A DNA stretch of 64,000 nt from Spironucleus salmonicida (taxonomy: Eukaryota), in NCBI RefSeq assembly GCF_000497125.1, contig NC_090600.1:1013197-1077196 (forward strand). The letters are read 5' to 3'. Both the position numbers and the translations under genes were made by a program. Below the pieces are notes generated by a model, which had not been told where the DNA came from, searched no databases, and saw only the letters and a program-made list of their open reading frames with translations. This document shows, in pieces, positions 1 to 13,343 of this stretch. The stretch's first letter is position 1. Every line of letters begins with the position of its first letter.

Positions 1-1931
1 AATTTATCTGGGATGAGGTCAGTAATGGATATAATTATGTGAGCAGTATACTGCAGAAGACGAAATAGTTGCGGAAGCTGACACTAAAATCTAACGGTGG
101 GTATTCAAAATATTTACCAGACATCTCAGAGATTAAGCAACTAGAGATATTAGTGCTCACTCATATCAGTGGTAATATATATTTATCTCCCTGCATACGG
201 ATCGTTATACTCAAGAATTGTAGGATTGACAAATTATATTACAGTTCTAACTACCTTCCGGACCTACTAGAACTTACCATAATAAATATAGCTCATGATT
301 AGACTTTCCTTGGTAATTTACTAGAGAAAGCAAAATAACTGCGAAACCTAACACTAATGGGTAACTCTATATACTACTCACATACACCATGTATGTCATA
401 CTTGAAATAGCTGGAGGTATTAGTGCTTGATAGAATGAGTGGTGATATCTACTTGTCTCCTAACATACGCAGCATTACCATCACGGATTGCGCGATTCAC
501 AGTATTTAATTTAGTGCTGAATCTTTGTCGTAACTGTAGGAGCTTACCTTGTGTAGTGTTAAATATGATAAAACTATCCTAAGTTAGATACTTTAAAATG
601 CGCATAGGTTGCAGAAGTTTAAACTTAAAGATAATGGTATCTTATAGTACGGTCCGCCAGACATCTCCTCGCTAACGTAGTTAAAGATGGTAAAGTTTTC
701 CAACATTTATGGTGATATATACTTGCCCTCCTGCATAGAAAGCTTTACTCTTAACAATTGTAAGATTAAAAAAGTCCAGATCGATGCTGAATCGTTGCCT
801 CATCTGCAGGAATTTACCATAATTGAAGTATCCTATTATTAGAATTTCGTTAATAAAATACTGTAGAAGTCACATGGGTTGCGTAATCTAACAATGAAAA
901 GTAAAGATAATAATTAAAAATATCCACTAGATATGTCAATGTTGCAGCAGCTGGAGATAATCATGCTAGATAGAATACGTGACAATATCAACTTTCCTCC
1001 AAGTATACGAACAGTTACTCTCAAGGATTGCACGATTACTGACTTTCAGTGCAATGCTGAGTCACTATCAGCTCTGTGGGAATTCACCTTGCTGGATGTA
1101 AGCTGTGATTAAAGTTAACTGAATAATTTATTGCAAAAGATGCATAGCTTACGACACCTTACACTGGAACGCGGTGGCCGATCAAGCTCTAATTATAAAT
1201 TTTATCTATTAAAAATATTCTCAGGGAAGTATCTGGAAACATTATGTCTTGAATAAATGATATGCACTATTTACATCTCTTCTACCATACGGAGCATCTT
1301 CCTCACATAGTGCACGATTCACGGAGTGTAGTGTAGTAGTGACTAAATCTTAAACCTACGAAAACTTTCAATGATTAATGTGAATGCTCCAAAAACTGCA
1401 TTGCGTAATGTTCTACAGAAGGCAAACAGGCTTCAGAGCCTAGTAGTGCACGGATACTACAGAAAATCTTATACTATCGCGTAGCTATACCTGCAGCCAT
1501 CAGTGTTGGTGTTGGATCTAGAAAATGTGAATGTCAATCAGCTAGTCTTGACCGCTGCTCCTCGCATAGAAAAACTACGGCTCCATCATATTATCGTTAA
1601 GAAAAATTATATGCCTGAAATATCCAGGCTGATTAAGGCTAAGACAGCCACCCTTCTTGACGTTAGTGACATTAATGTGGATGTTGGGACGCTGGCTGAT
1701 CCCAATCTCGCATAATTTGCTCTTTCTACATTTATCCAGAGAGCTGGGATGGATGTTAAGCTGAATCTTACTGTGGGGTGTCACTACTACCAGCGTGGTA
1801 ATATGATGTACCAGAATGATGATAACACACCGGCGGCGCTGCCCACGAGTCTTACTATCTTCCTGTTACAACTAAAGATCAGATAATTGTCCAGTGAACT
1901 GGTCGTACTGGGTATGGCGCTGGCGGAGTGA
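1..1931 (+). CDS. LRR protein A, left copy (5' part lies outside the window)
   Basis: Continuous frame under table 6 joining track ORFs 69 and 1503. Recurrent motifs LRKLTL..LPDISxLKQLExLxL..GDIYLPPSIRSITLxxCxI..LPxLxELTI. Ends ...LGMALAE* at TGA 1929-1931. Confidence 0.85.
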
Positions 1932-3723
1932 ATCCCTTTCATATATCTCTATTCTAATATTATCCTTCTAATGACCACTTGCAACATATGTTTATTGGCT
2001 GCGCTTACGCTAACCCATCCAATCACTCTTCAGCCACCTGCTGTGAAAGTACTTTACACACATTCATCAGAAGGAATTTATATAACTCTATCTGTAGCTT
2101 CAATATATGATACGTCTGCCGATTTCCACATTGCTCATAAGCTGGATGTGAGTCATTCTCATATTTCAGAGAGTTTATTATATATCGTATTATTTACATT
2201 CCAATAAGCTTATGCTTGCAATATAAAATCATTTAACAACGAAACTTGTTGTATTAATACAAAATTTGATACTAGATGAATATAACCAACTGAGCTCCAT
2301 GTGAATGTGGCTGCGCATGATTGATAAAATATACTGAATATAACGTCTACATTGTGCAGGTTCACGTGGCATGTCTTATTTCTGCCATACTTTCATACTC
2401 CAAATTTGTATCATTTCTAAAATTCTGACACCAGTTAATCTGACACTTACAACACGAGTAGTATACATTTTATCAGTTGATGCTGACTGTAGAAGGCTAT
2501 TTCCTGATAGTATAGCGGCTACAGGCTCTATACCTTACAATTATACGTCAAAAAATATTCTAAGTACGATTTGTGATAGTTAAATTTGTTTCCAAACAAG
2601 AGTAACCATTTTAGAAGATATATTAGATCAATTTAAGCCCCTGCTGTCCTTTTGCCATTTCTTTTTCTCAATGTCAGGCGCTACTGCTTAATAGTTGCTA
2701 TTTGACATATATATTCTAGCATATTTGTAGCCAGCCTACTATCTTGCACCCCATACACCTCTCCTGACAACATTTTCATCCCACACAAGATGCCAGATAG
2801 GGGATCCGACTAGATATCCTAATACCTATACCTAAGACATTCAGGTGAATTTCTCCCACTTTTATTAGTGTATATAACCAGAATTCGATCGCTTCTGACC
2901 AATAAACCAAATATGTTGGCTTCAGCTACAGCAGCAATCCCAGGTGAACAGTGAAGCCAGTGCTGGCACTATTCATACAAATATTCTTCGATTTCAGCTA
3001 ACTGCGCAAAAGCATCTTATCAGCGTCGTGATCTCCGCTGCGAATGTAATTCCAAAATTTTATATTCTTATATATCAAAATTATGCCTTTTTGAAACATC
3101 GGCTGTTCCCTAGAATTTTTCAAACCAAGTCTTAAAAGCCAGATAGACTTAATGCTGTATGTTCAAATTTCTTTTAAACAATTTTTCAATTCTATAACAA
3201 CCGACAAATGCGTTATTTCCTCAATAATCTGCCCTTTTCCTTAATATTTTTAATCTAATTCATCTGTTATATCACCTCTAAAATAAATTATTCTTATCCT
3301 AAATATCGCTCCATTCCGAACTTGCCCAAACTGTTCTCACCAGCAAGAGCCACTCGCTAAAATACAAGTAGTGGAATTCCACGTAACATCACCATAATTA
3401 ATTTTTAGTCTCAAACTTGAAAACGCCAATTCCACATATTTATTAATTTTAGAGGACAAATTTACTTATTTCATGAGGTTTACTCTCGAGGGCAAATTAT
3501 TCGGAATACGCGAATTCAGCTACAAAATTAAAATTTTTTGCACCTAAAGCAGTCGGATTCGCGCGCAAAAATGGCTTTTTGTTATATTAAATGCGAAATG
3601 CACGGTTTCAGGAAGTCGAAATAGGTGCTCCTGACGTCAGCAGGCGCCAGATTTCGAGGGTCAATTGGAATACGCTGACGACAATCTGGATTAAATCGTC
3701 TGAAAAGTTGTATAAACACGAAA

Positions 3724-4410
3724 ATGAGCTATGTGAGAAAACGATCTGCCACCGCATTTTCGACTTCAAAAGTTCCAAAAAATGCAGGTAAAGCGAATAC
3801 AGCGCTACCCCTGCGCAATCATCAAACTGCAGTTTATGGAGAATAAGGCTAGGAGCTCTGCGGGGTCCATCTGGTGCCGTTCGTTGAAGTTGCGCGGATG
3901 CAAAGGAAAATACACGATTCTCATTTCCGTTAGATTCCGCGGTTAGGGGCTGAATTTCAGAGACACGATAAAGGGCTTTCCGGAAGTAATACTGGGGGAA
4001 AATTAATTACTCAAAGGGAATGGGAGCTGCTGGCTGACGATGACGAAACCTGTGATGCATCCAGTTATAGTCCACCGGTGGCTCTACCAGCAGCTAATCG
4101 GCAGTTACTTCGCTATGTACATTTTTTGTTCGGTACTATCTGGCGGTAATCCTCAGAAAGTCGCCCAAGAGCCGTACTGACAAAGTTAACCACACAGTCA
4201 ATTATGGTCCCAAATAACGCGCTCAAGGCAGCGAACGTCCAAGTTTAAGCGAATGCTGGAACCAAAAAGTTTCATTTTAACCTCGTAGAGTTGCTGTAGT
4301 ACCGTAAAAGAAAACTTAGACCGTTGATTCAGTCCCAATAGAGATTTACTCCCGAGGGTCTAGTCGTACATCAAACTGGTGCGGTTCTGCCAGGTGAGTT
4401 TCGACGATGA
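3724..4410 (+). CDS. Hypothetical 228-aa ORF at the cassette centre, possibly the 5' part of a decayed longer gene
   Basis: aaaATG at 3724 (MSYVRKRSATAFS...), open to TGA 4408-4410 under table 6. The frame is preserved in the second copy. No family recognised. Confidence 0.4.
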
Positions 4411-5352
4411 GTCCATGAGTGGTGTAGAGAACAGGAGCAGGGACGCTTAAAGTTGACCTAGATCATGCATTTCTGCATCCAGAAAATGCAGGAACATGAG
4501 TACGGATCCGTGAACTAGAAGGACCCCACGTTAGAAAGTCCGCCAGAAGCCGCCATGGCTCTGTCTGACACTAGGGACGTGGGATCTGGTAGTTCATCAC
4601 TCACGCGAGTTTACAGGTCTGGTAGCACCTTGGCTTGTACATGCAGTGGCTTTTACTGTGCTGTTGGGGCGCTGCGGACTCCCGGCATATATTCCTAAGA
4701 GCTAAACGGTGATTGGAAAATGGTATTCTGGAGAGACAAGGGTGCGTGGTTCACGGTCGTAGGGGACAGTTTTGGTTGCTTCTGGCGGGTTCTCCTTTCG
4801 TGAATCTGCACTTTCTCAACGGCTGATCCTGGAGGCGAAGCTGAGAGGTCCACTGGCCTCGATGGGTGCGGGGAGTAGCGCTGCGAGGTCATGACTGCAA
4901 TGGTAGATATGTGGTTCCGAGCACTGCCGATGTTTAATGCTATCTGACTCTAGATGAGAAAGGTCGGGTAGGTTAGCAGAAGTTTGTAATTAGACCTATA
5001 ATATAATACTCATGATATTCTCACTTAAATGCACGGCGAAGTCCGAATCCAGCTCAAGCTGAGGGGAGGCAGGCGTACCGCGCACTGAAACTACCCCAAC
5101 AGTTTATTACTACCAGCGGACTCACAATACAGTCCTAATACAGGCTAGTAGCCATTGTGTGGGATACCCTGTACCCCAAGCACGGAGGATCTCGGGCATC
5201 CTGCGGGTGCGCGGCGTCCCGACCACATTCTCACGGATATCAAACGCAGCCGGGAGATAAAGCATTGCAGTACGGGAACCACTAGCGGGCGCGACCACGG
5301 CGTAGTAAACACCCAAGCTGTTCGCATTAGGAGCGGGATATTTCGAGATGGC

Positions 5353-7137
5353 TCACTCCAGTAGCGTCTGGGCGAGCATTGTAAGCTCGCTGGCTAGGGG
5401 TATTATCTTCTGTCGGTACACGAATGCCACCAGATTCGCAGGCAACACCACAATCTTATCTACACTATGGGTTTTCTGATACATCGTTTTGTCTCTCTGG
5501 ATGTAGTGTCGCCCCACCGGTATATGCATCCTAGCATATACACCTTCCCGCTGTATGAAGACCCGGAGATTAAATGTATTAATACGGTTATAACGACGCT
5601 AAAAATACCCATATTCCTTTCCAATTGCTTATATATCAATTTTTATTATCGTTCTGGATTTGATTATCCTGACTAGGACTTAAAATTCGTAATAATCGGT
5701 CAAAACTTAATAGATCGACAAAATTTTAACTTTAGGGGTACCAAGTTGGATTAGATGTGATAACCGCATCATTTTGAGTTCCAGCTCAGTAACTGACGGT
5801 TACAAGTAGATCTTCCATATTCTAACAGTATCTTTGAATGTACCACCGAGAATTAGCTTCTGAAGTTTATCTGCCTTCTGCAACACCATGGTAAGAGAAG
5901 GGTCCACAGATTTCATATAGTGCACAGTTAGCTCCAGCAGGTTCGGTAGCGTCTCAGTATCGCACGAGAACTTCGTAATCTTGCATTTATAGATGGACAC
6001 GCTCCGGATGCTGTGAGGTAGGTAGATTTAGCCCTGCATTCCGGTAATTGACAAATATTCCAGTGCTATCAGCTTTGAAATATCTGGTAATATCATATGA
6101 TTCCTATAGTTATTCGTCAGTTATAACTAGCGTATCTTAGGCGATATCTACACTATCATCTACAGTTTCTCGCCCAAGAACGTAACAGAACTAAATGCAT
6201 TGTCCACGGTCAGCTCGAGTAGGTTTGGTAGTAATTCAGCATCGCATTAGAATTTTGTAATCTTGCAGTTAGTGAGAGTGACACTCCGAATACCTTATGG
6301 TATATAAATCTCTCCCTTCCTGTAAGCTAAATTTAGAGTTTCGAGTAACTTTAGTTTGGAAATATCTGGTAATGTAGACACAATACCAAATTTACTCACC
6401 AACACCAGTTTCTGCAGTCCAGTCGCCTTCTGTAGTATCTAACTCAAAGATATATCTACATATGATACACTGTACATGGTGAACTCTTTTAGGTAAGGTA
6501 GTAACTCAACGTCGCAATATAACTTTGTTATACTGGATTTATCGATTTCTATGGTCCTAATGCTGGGAGGTAGGTAGACGCTACCTTTTGTACGAAATAA
6601 TTCCAGTGTCTCCAACTTCTTCAGGCTGGGCATCTCTGGTAGGATCAGACGATAGTATGTATAGTTATCCAAAGTCAGCTTCCGCAACTCTTGTGCGCCC
6701 TTCAGCACGTCAACAAGCGGTCCCCAGTCGCGTATCCATTTGAATCCATCTTTATTCAACGCTTAACCGCACGATACTGCCACCTCTGCGAGGTTCGGGA
6801 GGTCTCGCCCCTGGGGGTTGGTGCACGCAATGGGCGAGTCGACGATGGTGAGCCTGGCGAGGGCGTGGCTGACCTCCATACTGCCGCTCACCCGCGCCAG
6901 GCGCAGCTCTCGCACGTTCTACGCATGCTTCAGTGGCTCCGTGCCATCCATGTTCGCAAGATCCAGTCGGACCACCCCGGCCAGGCTCACCACGGAGTCC
7001 CACCCGCCGTCGAGCGAGAGGTGTGTGTCTGGGGAGGCGGAGGCGCCTGTCTATGGGACTGATATCGCGTCTTCACAGTCGTGGGTACTCTGGGGCGCAT
7101 CCCCGCCGCGGTCTGCCGAGCACGCACTTTATGTCAT
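5353..7137 (-). CDS. LRR protein B (594 aa)
   Basis: aaaATG at 7137 (MTQSACSADRGGDAPQ...). One frame joins track ORFs 6439-6759 and 5800-6000 and ends ...LAQTLLE* with AGTGA. Three ~90-aa LRR modules. Confidence 0.85.
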
Positions 7138-8465
7138 TTTGATAGGGAGTAGCAGAGTGGCGAGTACCCAAATTCCGGTGTCTTGATACGCGCGCCTCTG
7201 GGCAGCAGAAGCCAGCCGCACCCTCCACGAGGCGCCAGCTTGCCTCCGTGATGTTCTTTGCGGCCCTGGCCAGCGCTCGTCCTGCTGATTACCTCACGCC
7301 CATCTAGTATGCCACCATGCGAATAGGAGCCCGCAGTCTACCCCGGCTCCCAGACGCCGCTGGGCTGGTTCTTGAAGGCGCTGCGACCGATGCCACGAGT
7401 CTGAGCGACGTTCGGGCACGGGCGCAGAGACAGGTATGGGCAGCTAGGCAATGCTATATCAATATGGAAGAGCGGGTTTATCTGCAGACTTTGGAGGGGT
7501 TGCGATAGAGAATCCCAACAATATGCTACCCCATCCATGCTGGTCGGGAGAAGGGTACCCCGGCAGCTCTCAAAAGGGGCCCTGGGAGTGAATGCCAACC
7601 GCGATGGCAATATCGGCGTGGAAAAGTATTTGCGCCGGGTCGTTCCTCACCTCAATACCACAACGGGGATATACATGTATCTGCACAGCTTAGTGTAGGC
7701 AGCATGCACACTTTAAAACGGTGGATGCAAATTACTCCTAGCGCTGCCTCGGTAGAGTCGTTGCGGCGGGGTCGGTACTTTGCTAGCGACTCGTCCATTA
7801 CTAACTTCGCAGCCCCGTTCGTCCCCGGGCAGGACAGCCGGGCGACCACTCTGGCCACGTAATGTGCTATGCCATAGCGAACGTCGAGAAGCGGCCCTGG
7901 GTCGGACGTGGGCCACCAGCTAGCAATACCGGCACGCCCTCAGGGCAGGGCACGGCACATTCAGTGGTTCGGACCCGACGCCAACCCAGCTCACAGCGAG
8001 CACGAGATAGTTCCAGGCGGTCCAGAGGAAGTCGTCTTGCGTGATGATTGCTGCGCTGGTACCGCTGGACACGAGCCTACCATGTTGGGGAACCGCTCCA
8101 CGTGGATGCCAGATATTCCGAGCAGGGGCGGTGGCACTAGGCCTTGGTTGCTCCCGGAAGTTGAGGATACACGGTTTAGGCCGTTGGCGTATATTCAGTA
8201 ATATAGTTCTGAAGCGGAGCGAAGATAGCACGATAGGTGTATGCCTGCGTGCTAAGCAGTGGTAGGCACGCGAAAGGCACCCTGGCTAAGGAATCGCAGA
8301 CTGCCTGTGACCCCGCAGGCGATCTCGGCGGCTTCTTTGTGTTGCTTCACTCTCCCTCACCACGCAGCAAATACACGCATTGATGTTAAACTCGTCTCTG
8401 GAATATGGCACTATCCCGCCTGCAGTTCCGGAGGTCCAGTTAGATTAGGATGCCCGGCACCGCGA
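6776..8465. repeat. GC-rich block, copy 1 (LRR constant 5' end plus upstream region)
   Basis: Direct match to 55495-57181 and inverted match to 46465-48151. More diverged than those two are from each other (24-nt insertion, 1-nt indels). Weak similarity to the left arm's flank appears to continue to ~8770. Confidence 0.93.
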
Positions 8466-8495
8466 CCAGTAGCGCGCAGTCCCGGTCCAGGCTGA
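7317..8495 (+). CDS. Putative 392-aa hypothetical protein inside the GC-rich block
   Basis: Track ORFs 7317, 7908 and 8259 are in one frame with no TGA until 8493-8495. The frame is disrupted in the other two copies. Confidence 0.35.
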
Positions 8496-10225
8496 TCCTT
8501 CCACGCTCTTTGTCGTCCAGCTCACACCACACCACTACACCGCACGAAAGCATTCTAGACAGAACTAGTAGGCATCGAGCTCCCGGCAGGTTAGGCTGCA
8601 AAGGGTGCCGCGCTAGCTACTATGGTCGCCACCGGCCATGCACCAGCTGCTGCCCCTCATGCACGAGTAGCAGAAAGACTCTCCATCCGTGTTCGCATAG
8701 TGGATCTCAATGCTGCCCCGCAGGAAGCACATCCCCAAAGTTCAGTGCAGTGTGGTAGTTTTAGCGATGTCTACCTCTAGAGCATTTAAAGATCCCCCAC
8801 TTCACCAATACTAGATTTATCGCATGACCTGATGCAGATGCTCTGGCAATTTTACGGGATGTCTGTCATACTTCCCCTGTGCCGCAGTAGCTAATACATA
8901 TTTACCATCTTGTGCATCAAATATGGCGGTAACGTTATAAAAAATATCGCATGAGCTATGTGAATGACAATTTATTCATTGTGGTATATTTGTGAGAGAT
9001 AGCATAGATTCTATATTACTTACTTTCTAATACGGGCTTAGGCATTGAGTCACTTTTTGTGTTATAGCTCTTCTACCAAATATTTCCAAATCTGAAATTC
9101 GCAATTTTCAAAATAGTATATATCTACTCTGAACAAAACAGCATGAAAGAGGCATACTCAATATTATTTGCACAACTACAGGTATGACACATTGAGGAAA
9201 TTATGCTCTATTGTGATATTTTATATACAAGTAATTAACATCAGACTCATTTATTTTAAATATAACTTTTGAGATTGAGAGCGCGTGTATTATAATGGTA
9301 ACACCATAATGACTGTGAACTCGTATTCTTGGATTAATAACTTATCCGAATGATAATCACTAAGTTTCCAATTTATTTTTATAGAAAGCCTTGCATACAA
9401 ACTTGACTAGAGTTAGCTATTGTAGTATTTTACAAATAGTTTTTATAGTCATTAATACTACTCATTACATAATTATCATAAATGTATATTCCTAATTTCT
9501 ACTAACCGCATATAAGGCTACATTAACTTGACACTATTATACTAATTGGGTCGCTAATATGAAGTAACCATGGTGGAATTGTACATATTCACCCTATTTC
9601 AAGTCTGGTATGAACAGCCAAGCCAACGAATACAAATTATAGAAACTGTACTGTTTTAAGGTTTGGGATAGTATATGCTTACTTCTTACTTTTGCTAATA
9701 TTAGTGTAACTAGTAAAATTTGTAATTATTATATTATGGCGTAAATATATTCACACAATATAAACAATAGACGGAACAAGAATTACTAAAACTAAATAGC
9801 CCTAAGCAGCACTCCTAAGAAAGCATAGAACTTAAGAATAGGTCGATGAGTGGTTTTATTAAATGCCGTAATATCCAACGATTACATTAAATAAATTGAA
9901 TTGAATATACTACTGGAGATTAATTGGCCAGCGCGAACATAGTTCAATTATCATTTACCTAATACACACTTGAATATATATACCTCAAATACTAGTATAA
10001 GGTTAGAAAAAGTTATAATTTCTTTTACTCAGTGTTTGATACTCGCGATAGCATAATGAAAATGCAAATAGTTGTATAATCTACCACAAAATTAGTATGG
10101 TTATTTCTATATAAAATCAAAGCACCATTTACCAATGGTAGCTCAACCTGTGGTTTCCGCAATACATTCTTTGGGAATTATCTTAGTTTAGTCAGAATAT
10201 ATACTATAATATGTTGTCTATAAAA

Positions 10226-11671
10226 ATGTTGCTGTCACTATAAATATCATGCCTTTTGAATTCAAAGGCAACCTACTTAATGCAAACCAATACTATGCAC
10301 TTCCAGTCTGGCCTCAACCCGTACCTCCTCCCAAAGGAGAAAATTCTATGCGACCAGTTCATGGGCGAAACCGTCAACTTAGTCATTTTGATCGGACCGT
10401 ATACCTTCAAAGCCGATGCTATTTTGTACTCATCACTATCTCGGGTGATTTTAGCGTCCGAAGACGCAAACCATGATGATATCGACCTGTATACCGTTGC
10501 AAAGTTCACTCTCGTCCTCACGAAGCAGCTCGTGGACTAGGCAGGATAGATTGACTCTTTCGCGATCAGAAGGTTCAGCAGGACCTCGTGCATCAATTCT
10601 GGAATTTTTATCTGCGACGATACCAAGATGCAGCTGCTTTTCAAGAACGAGACCTGTGCATTCGACGCTAGTCTAACGCAAGTAATTGTGCAATTTTTTA
10701 ACTAAGGAGATGTAATAACCGTAATGAATTAGAGTGCTGGCGTTGTTGACTTCGACCAGATAGCCGTCATGGACGTTAAGGCGACCTGTGCCGACCAGGG
10801 GTGCCGTGATAATTTGTCCCAGCTCAGTTAGCTCGACGCAGTGTTTGGGTACTTCCTTTTCAAGACGGAATAGAAGATGACCAAGAAGGTTCGTGCATAC
10901 AATAACTCCGGTATTGACGCGGAGGTGGAGCTGGAGCTCACATTCTATATGCGGAATTTGGCGCAGGTCGAGTACATGAAGTCGTTCACAGACGTCACGC
11001 AAGTCGCTATCTTCCACGTATAGAAGGAGTATTTCGTCGTGACAAATTTTCCGAACCTGGCCTAGGACATAAGTGGCCTGACCTTCATTATCACCAACTC
11101 CACTGACTTCTTCTCCCTGACCTCACCACCCCAGTCCACCTCCGCATTCATCATTAACTGCGTTGGTACCTGCGATAAAACCCTCGCCGCTATCCATGCT
11201 ACCATGGCTACCGACAGTATTTCTTTCGCCCTAGCACAGCAGACTGGCACATAACAGAAGATCCTCATACCTGCGACCGCGCTCTTCACGTGCATATCTG
11301 CATCTGCCATCAAGTTATACAAGACGCAGATCTGTGCTGTGATTGAGCTGTATGCTGGTTGTGAGTTTGATTTTGGGGTCCAGATCGTGCGAATCGATTT
11401 CGACGGTCTCAGTTTCCAGGGCAGTTTCGCCGTAAACTTCGTCGATGTGGCATACTGCTTCGAGAGCGACTCCCACATCAGCTCTAGCATCCAGGGCGGC
11501 AATAGTGTTGGTGTGGTTCAGATAGGAACCTAGATCTACCCTTTCGGACATGTTTTCGCACTGATTGAGAGCTCGAGCCTCTGGTTAGGCTGGTGCGTCT
11601 TCGCAGTGTTACTAGTCATGACAATGACGGGTGGGCTGCTGTGGGTGCTTCTACGCGAGGTGAAAGCATGA
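10226..11671 (+). CDS. Hypothetical type I membrane protein (481 aa)
   Basis: Starts MLLSLQISCLLNSK (short signal-like; upstream in-frame ATGs exist). Joins track ORFs 10256 and 11339. C-terminal hydrophobic helix WLGWCVFAVLLVMTMTGGLLWVLL then REVKA*. Confidence 0.75.
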
Positions 11672-11897
11672 AAGTCGGGGTGAGCGTATGAAATTCATTC
11701 ACAGCACGCAGATCAGAACCCAACATTTCTCAGCCCTGGTACCAAATACACATTAGCACACTGTAGCGCACTGCGGGTGTTCATTTGCATGCTGTGGGCA
11801 GACCACCTTGCGAGCATTTTGCTTCACATCGAGCTGTATGACTGTGATGAAAATTCGCCCACCCTAGTCTATCCATATATGAACATTCCACTCCAAA

Positions 11898-13343
11898 ATG
11901 CAGATCTCACTCTCGTTCCAGGGCGGAGGTGCCTTTCAGTACCTCCTGCAGACCACGGTCGATGGCGTACTATACAAGACGCCACTTCGCAGGGAGTCAT
12001 CATAATCTTCGGAGCTGCTTCCGCACACACCCACGTTCCAGCTTCTCTGCCAGGCCCCGGGCCGCCCGATCCAGGTGCACGTCTTAGACTCCAGATCGGG
12101 GCAGATCTAGATTCAGGGGGTCTCCCTGCGCTACACCGTCGACTCCACGTAGAAGCTTCGCTACGCTGCTTTCGAGGTTTCCACCCTTCAGCGAGTATTT
12201 CCTGAGCGCGCGGTCGTCCACTTCTCGTAGTACTCAGCGGATGCTGGTAGGCATGTGGTTGTCCCACAAGGTGACTTTTCGGTAACTTGGATTATGTAGA
12301 CGCCCGTAGGACAAATTGAGACGGCCAGACTGCACGTGGGTGGAGGCCCTTTCAGCTATTTCCAGATTGAGCACGGAGTTCCAGAGTTATCAGCCAGTCA
12401 GTAACTATTTTTGATACTACTGCAACAAAAACTTAGCCCCAAACAGACAAAACTTGCTGCGGCGCTCCTGCCGCTATTTCGGATGGATACTCTAGGCACG
12501 GATAAGCAGTTTTAGAAGCTGGCCAAAATCTCGAAGGGACCACCTCTAAGCCTTTCAGCCGTCTTACTACGTGTATTTTGTGGTAGTCCTGGGGAGCTCC
12601 GGACTCCATCAACTTCCCTATTTCTGCTATCCGAGGAGCGGTTAACGGTGGACTAGCTTCGCCCGGTAAAGGTCAATGCATCCTCTTATCGAGTATCCCC
12701 GCAGACTTTCTCGCTGCTCGGCGCGTCCTATGGCGCCACGGTCCCGTAGACCGATTTCTTTGTGCATGCAATCGACTTTTCAGATGAGGCACCAGTGGAC
12801 ATCCAGCTCTTCCGAGATCTCCTCCGCCTAAACGACGGCAAGACCTCGATCGGTATGGGCTTCCAGACTTTGGAAGTGTTTGTGGAAGGATCGTACGCGG
12901 CTCCTGCTGGGTCTCCTTGTATATACCAGCAGGTGGTTCGGAAACGCATCACATTCCAGTAGTAGACCCAGACGCATGCAGAAGTCCTGGTATGTAGTTA
13001 AAATAGGCTTGTGCAAGCGTAGGCCGACTGGACGGAGGGATTTTCGGAGGATTCATCTGAAATACAAACACCAATGATAGAGGCCCCTAAGGCTCAAAAA
13101 CCTGAAGCTACGCCACGGCACGTTCACAACAGCACACCCGGTAAAGCAACTGCACTGAAGTCCTCATTTTAGGACCGGACGACGGCTACCAAGCTGCAGA
13201 CCTTCCCGAAACGAGCCAACTCACAAATGCAGATCCCATAGGTTCTAGCTATGCCGGGACCAGACACAGCTGCTGCCAAAATCGCGAAGCAAATTAACGA
13301 GGCAAAGCGACGCGTGAAGGCGCTGGGCTTTTAGCGGAAGTGA
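11898..13343 (+). CDS. Hypothetical protein (481 aa)
   Basis: aaaATG 11898 (MQISLSFQGGGAFQYLL...), TGA-free frame including track ORF 12762, ends ...KALGFQRK* on AGTGA. Confidence 0.75.

Larger units (their letters stand above)
1..5560 (+). repeat. Segmental duplication, left copy of 48724-54279 (direct orientation)
   Basis: Line-by-line match at offset 48723, shifting to 48720 and then 48719 after small indels; identical ORF translations in the track. Confidence 0.97.

Noticed and set aside
5122-5316. Track ORF in the same frame as LRR B, as a C-terminal extension
   Set aside because: An in-frame TGA at 5353-5355 within AGTGA, matching the end of LRR A and C, terminates the gene first.
6776-8465. 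rRNA gene or LTR as the identity of the GC-rich repeat
   Set aside because: No conserved rRNA motifs recognised, no TG...CA ends or primer-binding site found, and part of the block is in-frame LRR coding sequence.
10226-13343. Two adjacent genes both 1446 nt long, as a tandem duplication
   Set aside because: No sequence similarity between them, and the first start codon is uncertain; treated as coincidence.
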